This document shows positions 28,846 through 43,070 of a stretch of 64,000 nucleotides of DNA, one piece after another. Source of the DNA: the human T2T-CHM13v2.0 reference genome, Homo sapiens. The position numbers were made by a program, and so were the translations under genes. The stretch's first letter is position 1; each line of letters opens with the position of its first letter. Below the pieces are notes generated by a model. It saw only the letters and a list, made by a program, of their open reading frames with translations, searched no databases and was not told the origin of the DNA. The stretch is from NCBI RefSeq assembly GCF_009914755.1, contig NC_060944.1. The stretch is one strand, 5' to 3'.

Positions 28846-29299
28846 TGACTTGGTTTGGGTTGACCCAGAAGCTGCCCTTGAGGTAAGAATTTGAGTACAA
28901 GTAGAGAAGGGAGCCCAGGAAACCCTGGCAGGGAAGGGGATTGAGGAAGCAAGGCAGCAAAGGGAGAGCAGCTGGTAGGAGATGTATTATCAGGGTTACC
29001 AATGCAGGCACCTGGAGCTTAATCCCACTGAGGAAGCCTGGGAGTACGGCAGACCAGATGCCTCAGAGATATCCTGTGTGTGAGAGTAGGGAGCTGGGGT
29101 GTTTATACACCCACTGCCATCAGTCTTTGGTTCAGGGCTGCTCCCAGGAGACGTTACTTGCCTGGAATGTCCAGCCAGCCTATGGCAGAGGAGGCTCCTG
29201 CAGCCAGCGAAAGTCTTTAGGCAAAGATATGCCAGTGATGTGCATGGAAATGGTAAATGCTGACGGAATGTGGATTGTGATTTGACAGCATCTGCTCCA
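28846..29299 (-). mobile_element. ERVL-class solo LTR (LTR33-like)
   Basis: TG...CA termini and a perfect 5-bp TSD ggcta (28841-28845, 29300-29304). Confidence 0.8.
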
Positions 29300-29677
29300 G
29301 GCTAAATTCCGATTTTCAAGTGTTTTTTAAAAGTAGATACTCAAATTATTTTATAAAACATAAAACAGCATACAAGATTGATTTTTAAAAAAGGAGTTAC
29401 AATATTTTTTGTGATCGTGAGTGTGTGCTTGGGTGCTCAATGCTTTCTCTTTCTCTATGGTGCTAAAAACCAGCTCAGAGGTACCTCTGAGAAATGCAAG
29501 GGCTTCTTGAAAAGTAGCTTAAAAACACCTGATTTCCATCTTTAAGAACATTTCCAGTTCTAGCTCTCTGACATTTTTGTACCAAGCTGCTTTCTGCCTT
29601 TTCCTCTTCTGTTAATACCTCTTCTGTGCCCTTTCCTCTTAAAAACAAAATCAACACAAGGTTTTTTCAAACCTCAT

Positions 29678-29990
29678 AGCCGGGCACTGTGGCTCACGCC
29701 TGTAATCCCAGCACTTTGGGAGGCTGAGGCAGGTGAATCACCTGAGGTTGGGAGTTCAAGACCAGCCTGACTAACATGGAGAAACCCATCTCTACTTAAA
29801 ATACAAAATTAGCTGGGTGTGGTGGCGCATGCCTGTAATCCCAGCTACTCAAGAGGCTGAGGCAGGAGAATTGCTTGAACCCGGGAGGCAAGAGGTTACG
29901 GTGAGCCAAGATTGTGCCATTGCACTCCAGGCTGGACAATAAGAGTGAAACTCAAAAACAAAAACAAAACAAAACAAAAAACAAAAAAAC
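29678..29990 (+). mobile_element. AluSp-like with (CAAAA)n tail
   Basis: Diagnostics ctgactaacatggagaaacc and ggcgcatgcc. The tail has decayed to CAAAA repeats. Confidence 0.93.
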
Positions 29991-30585
29991 ACGTCATAAA
30001 AAAATCCATTTGAATTTCAGTGGTAATGGGGGTGGTGGGTTGAAGGCTCAAAATGGGGAATACACACAACAAAATGTTACAAAACAGCTAATTGGATGAC
30101 TGTTTAAAACCCACAGTGACTCTCCAGGAGAGGTAGTCATAGTAACACACCCAGGAATATCCTCCCAGTATGTGTGGCGCAAGCTGGAGAAGGAGGGTGG
30201 GTGGTGCAGAGGGCAGGGGTCTGCTGGGTGAAGGACTTACCAGTACAGATTCCGTACACAGACTGAAAAGGAACAGCCTTAACAGAAGCTGTGAATCCCC
30301 TCTACAAACACAGACGTTTATCTATATTTTAGGCAATTTACTTGTGGAATCAAAAGTTAGCCTCTTTAGAGATAACTTATATGAAAGCGTTTGAAAAAAA
30401 AAAATAACCTTTGATAAAATTCACACTATAAGGAAAAAATTAAAAAAGAGAAGACCAAATGGAAACTGTGGGTGATATCTGTGATTGTGCCTTTTGAAGC
30501 TGTTCCTTAGACATTGCTCTGGGTTTGGACTCTCATCGTGTTATATTCACATTGACTGAAACTGTATGGGAGCCCCATTAGATAC

Positions 30586-31003
30586 TGTAGTAATAGTTAT
30601 GAGTGCCTGCCTAATGCTCCTCTGTCCAGCCTGTGCACCAGCTGTGGTGAATAGTCAAAGCTAATGACTCACAGATGCTTCCTATCCAGAGGAACTGCCT
30701 CTCCAGGAAATGCCCGGAAAGCTATGCTCTTCCTAGAGCCCCAAACCAATGACTGATCCTGGGGTATAAAATCTTGGCTCCTTGCCTCAATTTGGGACAT
30801 AACTGTGGTACCCTTTATCCTTACCCATGGGATCAGCCTTAAGCCAGACACCAGCTGGAACTATTTCCCTTGCTCAGCTCCTTCCTATGTTCCACCCATT
30901 TCCCTCATGTTCTTAAAGATTTTTTCTAAGACTACTCCCTCAATAAATCACTTGCAAAATATCTCCTTTTTAGGACTTGTTTCTAAAAACCCTATCCTAG
31001 ACA
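30586..31003 (+). mobile_element. ERVL-class solo LTR (LTR16-like)
   Basis: gctaatgactcacagatgcttcc...ctccctcaataaatcacttgca...cctagaca, with TG...CA termini. Confidence 0.7.
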
Positions 31004-31779
31004 GGCATCTTGGGAATAGCCGTGCAACAGGGTGAGTCCATCTGCTTTCAGGCCCTTGGTCTACCACTGGGGAGCTATGAGACCATGTGCAAGTGTCTTG
31101 ATCTCTCAAGCGTGCGGTTACACAATGGTAAAATTCAACTAGATCATTGTTGTTATTGTTTTCATCTGTACCCGCTCCCTTGCCAGCTTCTTCCCTGTCT
31201 TCTCTTCCCTCTCTCTCTTACAAGTTTCTTTTGAGATCACTCAATCAATATGTCACTTGCAAAACCCCAAACATGAGGCTTTGTTTCTAGAGAATTTGAC
31301 CAAAGACACATGCTGGTGGTTGGGGGTGGGGGGCAATGTGTTACCTGTAGCCCAATGGGAGCCACCTAAATCTATGAGTGATGGGTACCCTTCCTTCCCC
31401 ACTCCATCCAGAATGAGTCCTCTTTCGTTGGATTTACTCATAAGATTTCCACAAGATTTCTGGTAAAATGAGAGCTCTTTGTTGCTAATATCTGAAATCT
31501 GTTGGACCAGATGATCTCTCAAGTAGGGTGTGGCTCACCCGTTCTAAGACGGCTTTCTCTACTACTTACAAAATAATGGTGTCCCAGATTTATTGGGATT
31601 GGAGAATAAATGGGATCAAGCAAGTACTAAAGAAAATGTGGTTGGCTGGAGGAGGCTGGGCATCACTAGGAAATTCTTCAAATTAATTCTCTAGGAGAAG
31701 GATGATTTATATCCGTCAGCTTTTCAAAGTCTGCCATTTTGGGGCTGCTTCCCTGAAAAACTCAGGCTTTTCATGCCAG

Positions 31780-32194
31780 AGTAGATAATATTGTTGTCCT
31801 GCCTAGATTTCCTTTACTGGACCTAGGCATTCATCCTCTAATTGTCCTTAGCTAATGGCAGCTGTCTCACCTGGAGATGCTTGGGTGTTTATCCCCTGCT
31901 CTCCATGGCCAGAAATTGTCACGGACAATCACTGAATGATGTTGGAATTTTAAAGCCTGTCGCCTTGCTACCAGTTGAGACCACACTGTGATGTAATACA
32001 CATTCTAGAGCTCTTCATAGTATCAGGCTGAAGCTCAACTAGAGCTGAGACCACATTGTTGCTCAGTCCCTTTCTGACTCTATTCTGCCTCCTTTGCTCC
32101 CTCATGGGTATCTTCTGACAGCATTCCCTCAAAAAGTCATTTGCAAAATAACTCCTAGGTGAGGCCTTGCTTCCACAGAACTCACAAGCTAATA
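31780..32194 (+). mobile_element. ERVL-class solo LTR (LTR16-like)
   Basis: gctaatggcagctgtctcacc...gagaccacattgttgctcag...cattccctcaaaaagtcatttgca. Confidence 0.65.
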
Positions 32195-33167
32195 ATTCAG
32201 AGGGTTGAGGGCCACGGGGAGTGAGATTTGGCTGGGAACTGACTGCAAATTGTCAATACTGGAGTTCACAGTAAACAATCAGGAGCCACTCATTTAGAAA
32301 GCCTTGTATTTTATTCTCCTTTGGGGTTTCCCCAAAAATCTCTTTAATGTGTGAAAATAAAGAGAAAAAAGTTTTCCAGTATGCATTCTTATTCAAAAAA
32401 TTGGAGAATTGTTTTTGTTTGTAGGTCTTATTCACAGTTGTATCCTTAGTGTTTGTAACAGGGGGTATTCAAATACTTGTTGAATGTAATTGAACATATA
32501 TTCAACAACTATCTAGTTGGTAGATTTTTATATTTCTGAGTTCATTTGGGATACAATAAAGGTATTAAAAAATGGTCAGTTTAAGAAATAGAATACATGG
32601 TTAACCTACTTTTAAGTTTATTAATTTTGCTTCTAATATTTTCATTGAAGTAGAACAATCTTATTAAATACTAATTATCATCTCCATTCTTCTGCATTCT
32701 GATTGTTTTGTTCTTTTAGAGAATATGCTTCTTACAGAGAAGTTAGCTGTATTCAGAATTGTGCATTCAAATATCCATCATATCTAGGCTCTAAGCTACA
32801 ATTTCTCTGGACTGCACTTTACTCAATTCTAAATGCCATTTTAAAAGCTAGTTTTGACATTTCTTCAAACCATCTGAGGTCTCTAGTCCTCTGGGAAGAC
32901 TGTGTGTGGTGCTGAGTGACTAATATGGATTCAACTATCCTTTGAATGGTTTACAGAGCAGGCCATGATATCAGGATTTTTGAGAATTTCAATGGGATTA
33001 AATCTGGCACCATTTCTGCTGGTATCTTTCTTTATCAAGGATGAAGTGCATACATTACTTGATGGATACAGAGTAGAAAGAAAATCAATTTAGAGAAATT
33101 TGGACAATATGTTATTTTGATTTCCTTTTCACTGCCTCAGTTACAACTTTTGGATGGTAGGGAAGTG

Positions 33168-33255
33168 CAGAGCCGGGATTTATCTGAAGTGCAAAATTTA
33201 AGAAGGTGCCAAAAAATCGAGTAATCAAGAAATATAGTATTTTAATGCAATTTTT
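33168..33255 (+). mobile_element. MER96B-like hAT element, 5' part (continues at ~37752-37835)
   Basis: gcaaaatttaagaaggtgccaaaaaatcgagtaatcaag...ttttaatgcaa, resuming after the L1 as atgcaatatttttagaaatcaaagtaaatgca. Confidence 0.7.
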
Positions 33256-36200
33256 AATTATAGTAAAAGCATTTAACATAAAATATAACATCTTAATTAT
33301 TTTTAGAATACAGTTTAATAGTGTTAAGTACATTCTTATTGTTGTCAAACAAATATCCAGAAATTTTTCACTTGCAGATCTGAAACCCTACACCCACTAA
33401 ACGTGAACTCCCTTTTTTTCTCCTCTCCACAGTCTCTGGTAACCAAAGTTCTGCTTTCAGTTTCTATGCATTTGACATCTGTAGATACCTCATAAAGTGG
33501 AATCATACAGTGTTTGTCTTTTTGTGACTGGTTTATTTCAATAGCATAAAGTCCTCAAGGTTCATCTATGTCTAGCATGTGACAGGATTTTCTTCCTTTT
33601 CAAAACTGAGTAATATTCTATTACACATACACATACAAGTGCAAATATATGCATATATATACATATATATACAACACACATATACAAACATATATATAAT
33701 AGTGCATTTATCCATTCATTTATCAGTGGACATTTAGGTTACTTCTACCACTTAGCTATTGTACATAGTGCTTCTATGAACATGGGTGTACAAATATCTC
33801 TTTGAAACTATGGTTTCAATTTTTTTGGATATATACCCAGAAGCAGGATTGCTAGAAAATATGGTAATTCTAATTTTAATTTTTGAGAAAACACCATTCT
33901 GTTTTCTATAGCAATTACCTCATTTTACAGTTCCACCAACAATGCACAGAGGTTCCAATTTTATCACATCCTTGTCAACACTTGTTATTATTTTATTTTT
34001 CTCAATAGTAGCTGTCCTAATGAATGTCAGGTGGTATCTCATTTGGTTTTGATTTGCATTTCTCTGATGATTAGTGATGTTGAAAATATTTTCATTTTTT
34101 TTGGCAATTTGTATATTTTTTGGAGAAATATCTATTTAAGTCCTTTGTACATTTTTAAATTATTTGATTTTTGTTGTTGAGCTGTAAGAGTTCTTTATAT
34201 ATTCTGATTATTACTCCTTTTCAGATATAGTAAATACTTTCTCCTGTTCTATAGGTTTCCTTTATACTCTGATGATTGTGTCCTTTGATGCATAAAACTT
34301 TTAAGTTTGATATAGCTCCATTTGTCTATTTTTGCTTTTGTTGTCTGTGCTTTTGGTGTCATAAAAGTCACTGCTAAGTACAATGCCGTGAAGATTTTTG
34401 CCTATTTTTTTCTAGGAGTTTTATAGTTTTAGGTCTTTAATACATTTTGAGTTAATTTCTATATATGTTGTAAAATAAAAATCCAACTTTGTTCTTTTGC
34501 ATGTGGATATCCAGTTTTCCCAATACTATTTGTGTTCATTGTACATTAAGTAGTCTCGGTCTGTTTGTCAAAAATACACGGTGGTTTACTTTTTGGCTCT
34601 GTATTGTATTCCATTGATCTATTTGTCTTTATGCCAGTACCACACTGCTTTGATTACCATAGCTTCATAATATATTTTGAAATCAGGAAATGTGAGGCCT
34701 CCAGCTTTTTTCAAAATTGTTTTGAGTACACAGTATCCCTTCAGATTTTATATGAATTTTAGGAAGAATTTATATATTTCTGTAAAAAATGCTTGTGGGG
34801 TTTTGATAAAGATTCATTGTATCTGTAGATTGCTTTGGGTCGTATGAACATCTTAACAGTATTGTTTTCCAACCCATGAACATACTATGACTTTACAATT
34901 ATTTGTGTCTGTTTTAATTTTTGTCAGCAAGTTTTGTAGTTTTCAGTATGCAAGTCTTTCACTTCCATAGTTTTCTAAATATTTCATTTGTTGTTGTTAT
35001 TGTAACGGGATTATTTTCTTTATTTCTTTTTAGATTATTTATTGCTAGTGTATAGAAATACAACTCATTTCTATGTACTGATTTTGTATTCTGCAACTTT
35101 ACTGAATTCATTAGTTCTGACACTTTTTTGAGTGTTTTTACATACAAGACCACATCATCTGCAAACAGAGATAGTTTTACTTCTTCCTTTCCTATTTTTA
35201 TCATGAGAGGGTGCTAAATTACGTCAAATGTTTTTCTGTATTAATTGTAACGTTCATGTGACTTTTATCCTTCACTTTGTTAATGTCGTGTATTATGTTG
35301 GTTGATTTTTGTATGTCGAACCATCTTACATTCCTTAAATAAGTCTTACTGGTCATATGTACAGTCTTTTTAACGGGCTGTTCAATTTGGTTTGCTAATA
35401 TTTTGTTAAACATCTTTTGTTAAAGATGTTTGCATCAACATTCGTTGGGAGTATTGGTCTCTTGTTGTATTGTGGTGTCTTTGGATTTGACATCAGAGTA
35501 ATACTAGCCTCATGTAGTTAGCTTGGAAGTATTTTCTCATTTTAAACCTTTGGAAGAGTTTCGGGAGGACTGGTGTTAGTGATTCTTTAAATGTTTAATG
35601 GAATTATTCAGTGAAGCCATCTGATCCTGAGCATTTCTTTGTTGGGAAGTTCTGATTACTGATCCAATACCCTTACTAATGATAGGTCTCTTCAGATTTT
35701 TCTATTTCTTTGTGATTTAGTCTTTGGTAGGCAGTGTATTTCTAAGAATTTATGCATTTCTTTTAGGTTATCCAATGTGTCAGCACATACTTGTCCATAG
35801 TGTTCTCTTTTAATTTTTTATTTCTGTGGTATTAGCCATAATGTTCCCTGTTTTATTTCTCTTTTAGTAATTTGAGTCTTCTCAAATTTATTAAGTTGTT
35901 TAAAATTTTAAAGTCACAGCATTCTATTTTAAACTGGTAATAACAATTTCAAGTTCATATTAAAACTCTATTCTTTTGCAGGTCTCCTCTTCACTTTACG
36001 TTATTGATCTCACAACCTACATCTTGATATATTGTTTAGTCATTGGCATATATATAGTATTTTAAAAATGTTTTTGTCATTTAAATTATATGCATCAAAT
36101 TTACAATAAAATAGGTTAGTATATTTGTTCATGTATTTACCTTTACTAAAGAACCTTATATTTTCTAAGCCTTTGTATTACTATCTATGGTTCTTTCATT

Positions 36201-37751
36201 CTAAGTTGAAGGTTTTCCTTTAGCATTTCTTCTAGAGCATGTTTAGTGGTAATGAACTCTCTCAGCTTTCATTTATCTGAATACATCTTAATTTCTTCTT
36301 CATTTTTAGAGGACACTTTTGCCGGACACAATATTCTTGGTAGACAGTTTTTGTTTTTTTTTTTTCTTTTAGGGCTTTGAATATATTCTCCCACTCCTTT
36401 TAGCCTACAAAATTTCTGCTGAATAATACGTTGATAATGTTATGGAAACTCCATTCTACATAACAAGTACCTTTACTGTTACTGCTTTTGAAATTCTTTC
36501 TTTGTTTTTTATTTTAGATAATTTGATTATAATATGCCTCAGTGTGGTTCCCTTTGGATTTATCCTATATGGAGCCCTTTGAACTTCTTCAATCACTATA
36601 CCAATTTCTTTCCTCAGATTTGGGAAGTTTACAACCATTATTTCTTCAAATAAGTTGTATGCCCCTTAATCTCTCTTTTCTTTCTGGATTTTCCATAATA
36701 CACATATTGGTTGCTTAATAGAGACCCATAAATCTCTTAGACGTTTTTTCACTTTTCTTTATTATTTTTATATATACTTTTTGCTCCGCTGACTCAATGA
36801 TTTTAAATGAAGTTTCTTCAATATGCCTGATTCTTTCTTCTGCCTAATCAAGTCTGCTTTTGAATGCTACAAATACATTTTCAGTTCAGTTGTTGTATTT
36901 TTCAGCTTAGAATTTCTGTTAATTTTTTTCATAGTTTCCATCTCCGTGGATATTTTTATCCCATTTTTCTAATTTTGTTTACTTTGTGTAAATAAAATTT
37001 TGCTTAATTTTGTTTACATTTGTGTTCTCTTTTACTCATTAAGCATTTTTATGACAGCAGTTTTAAATGCTTTGTAAAGCAGTTCATAGATCTGCATTTC
37101 TTTAGGGTCAATTTCTGTCTTTTGATTGCGCCACGTTTTATTTACTTTATAAAACATGGGCCATGTTTTTCTGCTTTGTTGTTGATTAATTCTTCCCCTG
37201 ACCTGTATACTGGCTTTGCACAGACGAGGGGTTTCACCAGTCAGCCTGGCTGGGAGTTCTAGACCCTCTCAAATGGTTTCAAATCTTTTCATCCCCCTTG
37301 TGTCTCCCTTTGGAACTGCACCTCTAGCATGCTGTGTACCCTGATTTCAGCTACTTCCAAATTCTGGCACCTGATGCCTCAGTGCTCTGAGTCAAGCCAG
37401 ATAGAAACCAGTCCCCCAGGCTGCTCCTGGGCAAGACAATACATGGTCCACCCTTTTGTTTGCATTTGGAAAGAGGAGCCCTGTAAGATAGGTTTCCTCC
37501 CACTTGGTTTATGGTATGCTGCATAAGAGAAGAGGAATCAATAGGTATGCCAAATGCCCTGATTTTTACTACAGATTTCTCTGGAATTTCATCTTGATTC
37601 TATATGGCCTGGGTGCTGCAGCCTCCTACCTGGTCTCTAGAGTTTTCAGAGGTATTTTGGTACATATATTGTCATTAACTTGGTGTCTCTGTGGGGGAAG
37701 AAGGGCCAGTAGCTTCCTAGTCTGCCATCTTGCAGACTTGTCTGGATGCTC
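33256..37751 (-). mobile_element. L1MB/L1MA9-10-like element with both ends retained, internally deleted
   Basis: 3' UTR at 33256. ORF2 and ORF1 remnants (ORF 36456-36638 is ORF1-like: RAPYRINPKGTTLRHIIIKLSK). 5' terminus caagatggcagactaggaagc on the minus strand. TSD ttt(a)atgcaa on both sides. Confidence 0.9.
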
Positions 37752-39059
37752 TTTTATGCAATATTTTTAGAAATCAAAGTAAATGCACAGAATTCATTAT
37801 AGAATTTCAAAATTTTAACTAAAGGTAAGATCAGAGTGTATATTATATTTTTAAAGTAAAGTTCTTAGAGACCACTGACTTGTTACAGGTAATACATCTT
37901 TAATGCAAGGAAGAAAAGTTATGTGTGATTTAGTATGTTGTCACTAGTTCAGGCTCATAGGCTAAGATGGTTGCAACCACTTCAAGGAATAGATGGAATC
38001 ACCTTATGGAAAACAGATTTTCCATTAGGCTAAGATGCAGAATTTTTAAAAAAGTGGAAGGAAAACAATGTGTTTTCAGATTTTTTTTTAAAGTTGGAGG
38101 AAAATAATGAAATACGAGAGGTACATTTTGTCTTATTTAATATGATCAGACAGCTTATGGTCAACAGATAAGCAAAAATGAAGGAAAACTTCGGATGGAA
38201 AAGTTAGAGGGCCAAAGTGTGTGTTACATAATGCATTCTTGCTAAGGCAAGTTAAAGAGGATATTTTTGATCCTCGTACCTTAATACTCAAAGGAGAAAT
38301 GCAAATTTTGAAACAAAAGATATATTATCTGTTGTAAAATGCATCTTCCATTTTGCAAGTCCGTTTGGAAAAAGGTAGTAACTGAAAATTTAAACAGCAA
38401 AATTTTAAGTCTTATTAAAAATTTGTCTTTGAATTGTCCCTAAATTGGTAGATAAGTCTGAATTTTCTATACTCAATCCTGTCCAGCCTCTAGACTTCTA
38501 GATCTCCTCTCTCTGGCTCATATTTCTCTGTGTACACCTGCTCACATTTATCTTTGCTCAAGTCTACCCTCAGGAAGATTTCACATTTGTTAAGAATGTA
38601 AGCCAGTGCTCTCTCCTGCCTAGGCTCTTGCATTTAGATATTATTTCGCTGCAAGAGTAAAACAGCCTATTTACCTGTCAAAGGGATTTCAGACCTCATA
38701 GAGGAGATTGTAACTGCTAGTGGAGTGCAGTTGGGAGATGTCACACTTTCAATTTTGCTTCTGCAAAGGCTGCTCTTCGTAACATTGATCATGCAAAAAG
38801 AGCTACTGATGAGATAATCTTTCAAAAGTATATGAGATCGAAATGATGTTTTATATTGAGTTGAACCATCTTTATAGAGAAAAAACTTGATATGTCTGTA
38901 CCATTTTTTGACATTTGTTTTCTAAACAGTCTGAGGATAATCAGCAACAAGTATTTTCCAAGAACCCTCAGACAGTTTGGTAGGATTAGAGACATGCCAA
39001 ACTGACAGCCTCTTAGAATTAATGGTTCTACCTGGAGTAAGAATGCCACCTCAAAAATA

Positions 39060-39290
39060 TTTTATGAACATATCCACTTATTTTTTTAGTTAAAACATTC
39101 TTATGAGCTTGTAATGTGTGCCAGGCATTGTTCCTGAAACTTGCTTTAGAGAAGATAACAGATAAAAATTCTTGTCGTCTTGGAGTTTACATTCTTCGAA
39201 TTAGAAGGGGAGACATAGAGAAGACAATAAACATAATACTTAAATCTTATTGTGTATTACAAGATGGAAAGTTCCAAGGAAATCAAAGTA
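39060..39290 (-). mobile_element. L2 3' end
   Basis: aacattcttatgagcttgtaatgtgtgccaggcattgttc...ggagtttacattct. Confidence 0.65.
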
Positions 39291-39400
39291 GGGCAGGGTC
39301 AGGGGTATTGAGAGTTAGGAGGGTGGTGCGAGTAGACTGCACTCTTAAATTGGTGCTCCTTTGCATAGCAATTCTTAAATACCCCTTTCTTTGCCTTCTG

Positions 39401-39663
39401 TAGGAGTCTACAAAGTATTTTTTTCTTCTGCAAAGATCCAGAATATAAATATTTTAAACTTTGTGGGCCATATAGAGTCTCTGTCACATTTTTTTTTGTT
39501 TGTTTTATATAAACTTTTAAGATATATATATATCTTTAAGATATCTTTAAGATATATATATCTTTAAGAGATATATAAAGTATTCTGAGCTCCTGGGCTA
39601 TAAAAGAACTAAGAACAGACTGCATTTTGATTTTGATCATGGGCAGGAGTTTGCCAACCTTTG
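39401..39663. mobile_element. MER58-like hAT-Charlie element
   Basis: taaatattttaaactttgtgggccatatagagtctctgtcaca...gggcaggagtttgccaacctttg. Confidence 0.75.
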
Positions 39664-40379
39664 TCCCGGAAGACATCAAACTGACAAGGTTTGCCATGGA
39701 AAAGGGAAAAAGGTTGTTCTAATGACTTGATAAAGCCTCTATGATTAGAGTAGATATGTAGAGAAACAAGAGTCCCAAGAATGACTCCACATATCCTGAG
39801 TACCTTTAACTTGGCCAGTAAGAGCACACTTATAATATCCATTATTTTTAAGACATAGTTTCAGCAATACAAACCCATTTTTGACATTGAATGTGCTACC
39901 ATATTTCTGTTAATCACCGATAGAAATAAGGGGCTGGCTTGAAGTAGCCATGTCTAGAGTAAAGCCCTTCCTGAAACGTGCTGGTTGAGAACATTTGACT
40001 GTGTTTTCTGGATTAGCAAATGGATATTGCCTTCAATTAGGCAACACACACAGTAACATGTGATATACTGAAGCATTTTTATGGGCAATCACTGGCTTAT
40101 AACTGTGACATTTTTGGCATCTTGACAAAGGTGGCTTTAGGTTCTTTATATCTGAGGTTGCCAACTTAGTCGACTTGGGAGGCAAGCCCTTATTGGTTTC
40201 CAGGTTTGTCTTCTAAGTCAGTCTTTAGAGAAAGCCCAGATCTGCCACCTTGTCAAGGTGTGGGTAGGATCTGGCTGTGTCTGTAGTATGAGATGCTTAT
40301 AAACATGAGACAAGACTAAGAGAACCAAACATGAGTGATGGAAAAGCACTGCCTGATTTGATGCTTGTCTTTGTCTCTA

Positions 40380-40780
40380 AACTCAGCTTCCTACTTGCCC
40401 ACCGAACTCTGCAATCACCTCCACCATATCTGTTGCCAGCATATCCTAACCTTATTTCTTAGCACCTTTGCCCTTGCTATCTCCTCTGTCCTCAGCATGT
40501 TCTTCTTTCAGATAATCAAATGCCATGTTCCATCAACCCTCCATTCCTCTACTCAGATGCCACCTTTACAGAGAGCCCCCCATCCGTGGTCACTCTCTCT
40601 CAAGTGGCCTGGTTTTATTTTCTTCATAGCTCTGTGGCATGTGCATTTGGTGAATGAATACTTTTCTGTCTGTCCTCCCTAGCATCTAAGCGCCATGAGA
40701 GCAGGAATCATGTGCCCCCATGGTCCAGGAGAGTGCCAGACACAGAGCTGATAGTCAGGAAATGTTTGCTGAACAAGCAA
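40380..40780 (+). mobile_element. L2 3' fragment
   Basis: gcacctttgcccttgctatctcctctg...taagcgccatgagagcaggaa...gtgccagacacagag...aaatgtttgctgaa. Confidence 0.7.
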
Positions 40781-42134
40781 AGGGAAACAGGAAGAAGATG
40801 AAAACACAGATGCACACTGGATACAAATGAGTTCCCCTAGATAACGCCGTCACCTGGGATATCACAGAGGACCACATGCAGCTGTGGTTCAAACTGTAGA
40901 GAACATAAGAGACTCCTGAAAAGAACAGAGCTTGGTGTGTTGACTTCTAAAAGCTGTTTTATCGGCATGTATCAATTAGAAATCTTGCTTAGCTAGCAAT
41001 TGATTTTCCTAGCAATGATGATTAAGTAGCACAAGATGTAAAAATGCTCTCTGCGTCATCAAAGAAAATTAGATTCTGTTAAACACAGAACGTTTGTTAG
41101 ATGTATTTCCTAATTATTTGAAAATCTGTGAGTCTCTATTAATCAGGCAACGTGATTAACTAGGAGAGCTTGTTCCCTGGCCTCGCAAGGCAACACTGGG
41201 TTTGCTGTAATGTGACTGCTTAAAGCCAGCAAGTCTGTAAAAATGTCCAGGAGGAAGCAGGAGGCAAATATATTTTAACTATTCATGAGTTGATGTAAAA
41301 GCCAATTGTAGGGAAAATTGATACAGAAAAAAAAAACCCAAAAAACAGTCAGACTGATTCTTGGTGTTTCACACTACTAGTAATATCCAGTACAAAGCTA
41401 TGAAATTACAGATAATGAAGGCTTAGCAATCTGCTATTACCTATCACCTCTAGCTGAGTTTTATTCCTTCTTCCAGTAAATTAACAGAGAAGATTCTTCA
41501 ACAGAGCCTTACTTGGGAAGAATAGGGTTTGGAGGAAGAGAGTGAACAGATTGACATTGCTCCTGGCTGTCCAGAAATAACCAAATGGAACATCTTGCAC
41601 CTTGTGTGGCAAGCCAATCAATATCTTTTTTATTTCAAAGTCATAAAAATTTGAATATGGAAACTGTACTGTGAGAACTGGACCAGCAGGGGACATACAA
41701 ATAAATAAATAGCAGATATCAAAGTTCAAATGGCCATGGCAATTTCCTCACTGTTTTTGTTTTTTGTTGACCTGAAATTGCAGCATACGCCTAATAAGTC
41801 TTTGATATGAAGTGATGTATCACTGTATGAAGAAAGAATTCATAATGACTCTAAGTCGCTGTAGCAGCTTCTTTTGTAAGTGGGGTAAAGAGAACATTTG
41901 AGAGGTAATGAGTTTTAGGCCCAATGCACTTGGGGTGGAGAAAGTTAATAACCACAGGGAAGAAGACATTAGTAAAAGAAGCCACTCTTATTCAGAATAG
42001 TAGAGAGGGTTTTAGCTCAGAACGTCCAGAGTGGGAAAAGAAAAATAAAGGGGCAGGGCAGAAAGCAACACAGTCCATTTACCTTATAATAGAAACATAA
42101 AACTCATTAAAAAAAGAAGGAAAGAAAGAAAGTG

Positions 42135-42625
42135 CATCTTGGTTTCTGTCCATCAGGTAAGAAGCTTGGAAGCTGTCACTCCATCCTAACAAGTAAAAAA
42201 CTGGAAACTGAAAATCAACAACTCTTCTTAGCTATCGGAGAATTGAGGTCACAGGACAAACTGCTGCCCTAAAAATTGAAGAAACAGACAGGCAGATACA
42301 GAAAATTATAATTTACCAGAGCAGAAATTCACAAAGAGAAACTGCTGTTCATGAGAACCAGTACCAGGGTAGAAAAGCCATAACTGTCATTGATGAATTG
42401 CTGGAGGCTTGGTGAGAATAGGTCAGAGAGGTAAAAAGGCCATGGGGACCCAGCCTTAGAGGGCACTTAGGCTTTTGTAGTTTTATCTCTAGGAGCACTA
42501 CTGGGTACTCAGTAAAGACTGGAGAAATATCCCTTCATACTTCCCAGCATGTAGCCAGTTTAAAATACTCTAGAACATTCTGTTCTTAACAAGTCCTGCC
42601 TTTAAGAAAAACTATTCGAGCCCCC
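42135..42625 (+). mobile_element. L1MC-class 5' UTR fragment
   Basis: aactgaaaatcaacaactcttcttag...gaattgaggtcacaggacaaactgctgccc...gatgaattgctggaggct resembles the L1MC 5' end. Confidence 0.6.
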
Positions 42626-42929
42626 AGTTGATGGAGGTAGCTTACAGAGTGCTTCAGCACTGTAAGAGAATCGTTCTGTAAGAGAACGATTGTACTGTGG
42701 GGGTCACCTGAACCGTTCACAATTTTTCCAAGAAAGAACTAAACCTTTGTTTTTTTAAGCCAATAAGTGACAATCTGGAGTTTTGATTTTAGAAAAACTG
42801 AAGCTAAAGAAAATCTCAAGGGTAAGTGTGGCATGATTAATTAGCCTATCTACCATGAACAAGAGGAAGCATTGTTCTTGTATTTGCCAATGGTGAGACC
42901 TTAGCATAGTGATGTCCGTTAGAGATTTT

Positions 42930-43070
42930 CTGCACTGTCCAATATAGTAGCTATTAGCACTAGTGGCCATTGAGTACTTGAAGTATGGCCAGTGCAACTA
43001 AGAAATTGAAATTTAACATAATGTTGATTTAGCCGTGTATGGATCATGCTTGTCATATTGATCAGCACAG
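42930..43070. mobile_element. MER3/MER33-like hAT-Charlie element
   Basis: ctgcactgtccaatatagtagctattagcac...catattgatcagcacag with TIR-like ends. Confidence 0.7.
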
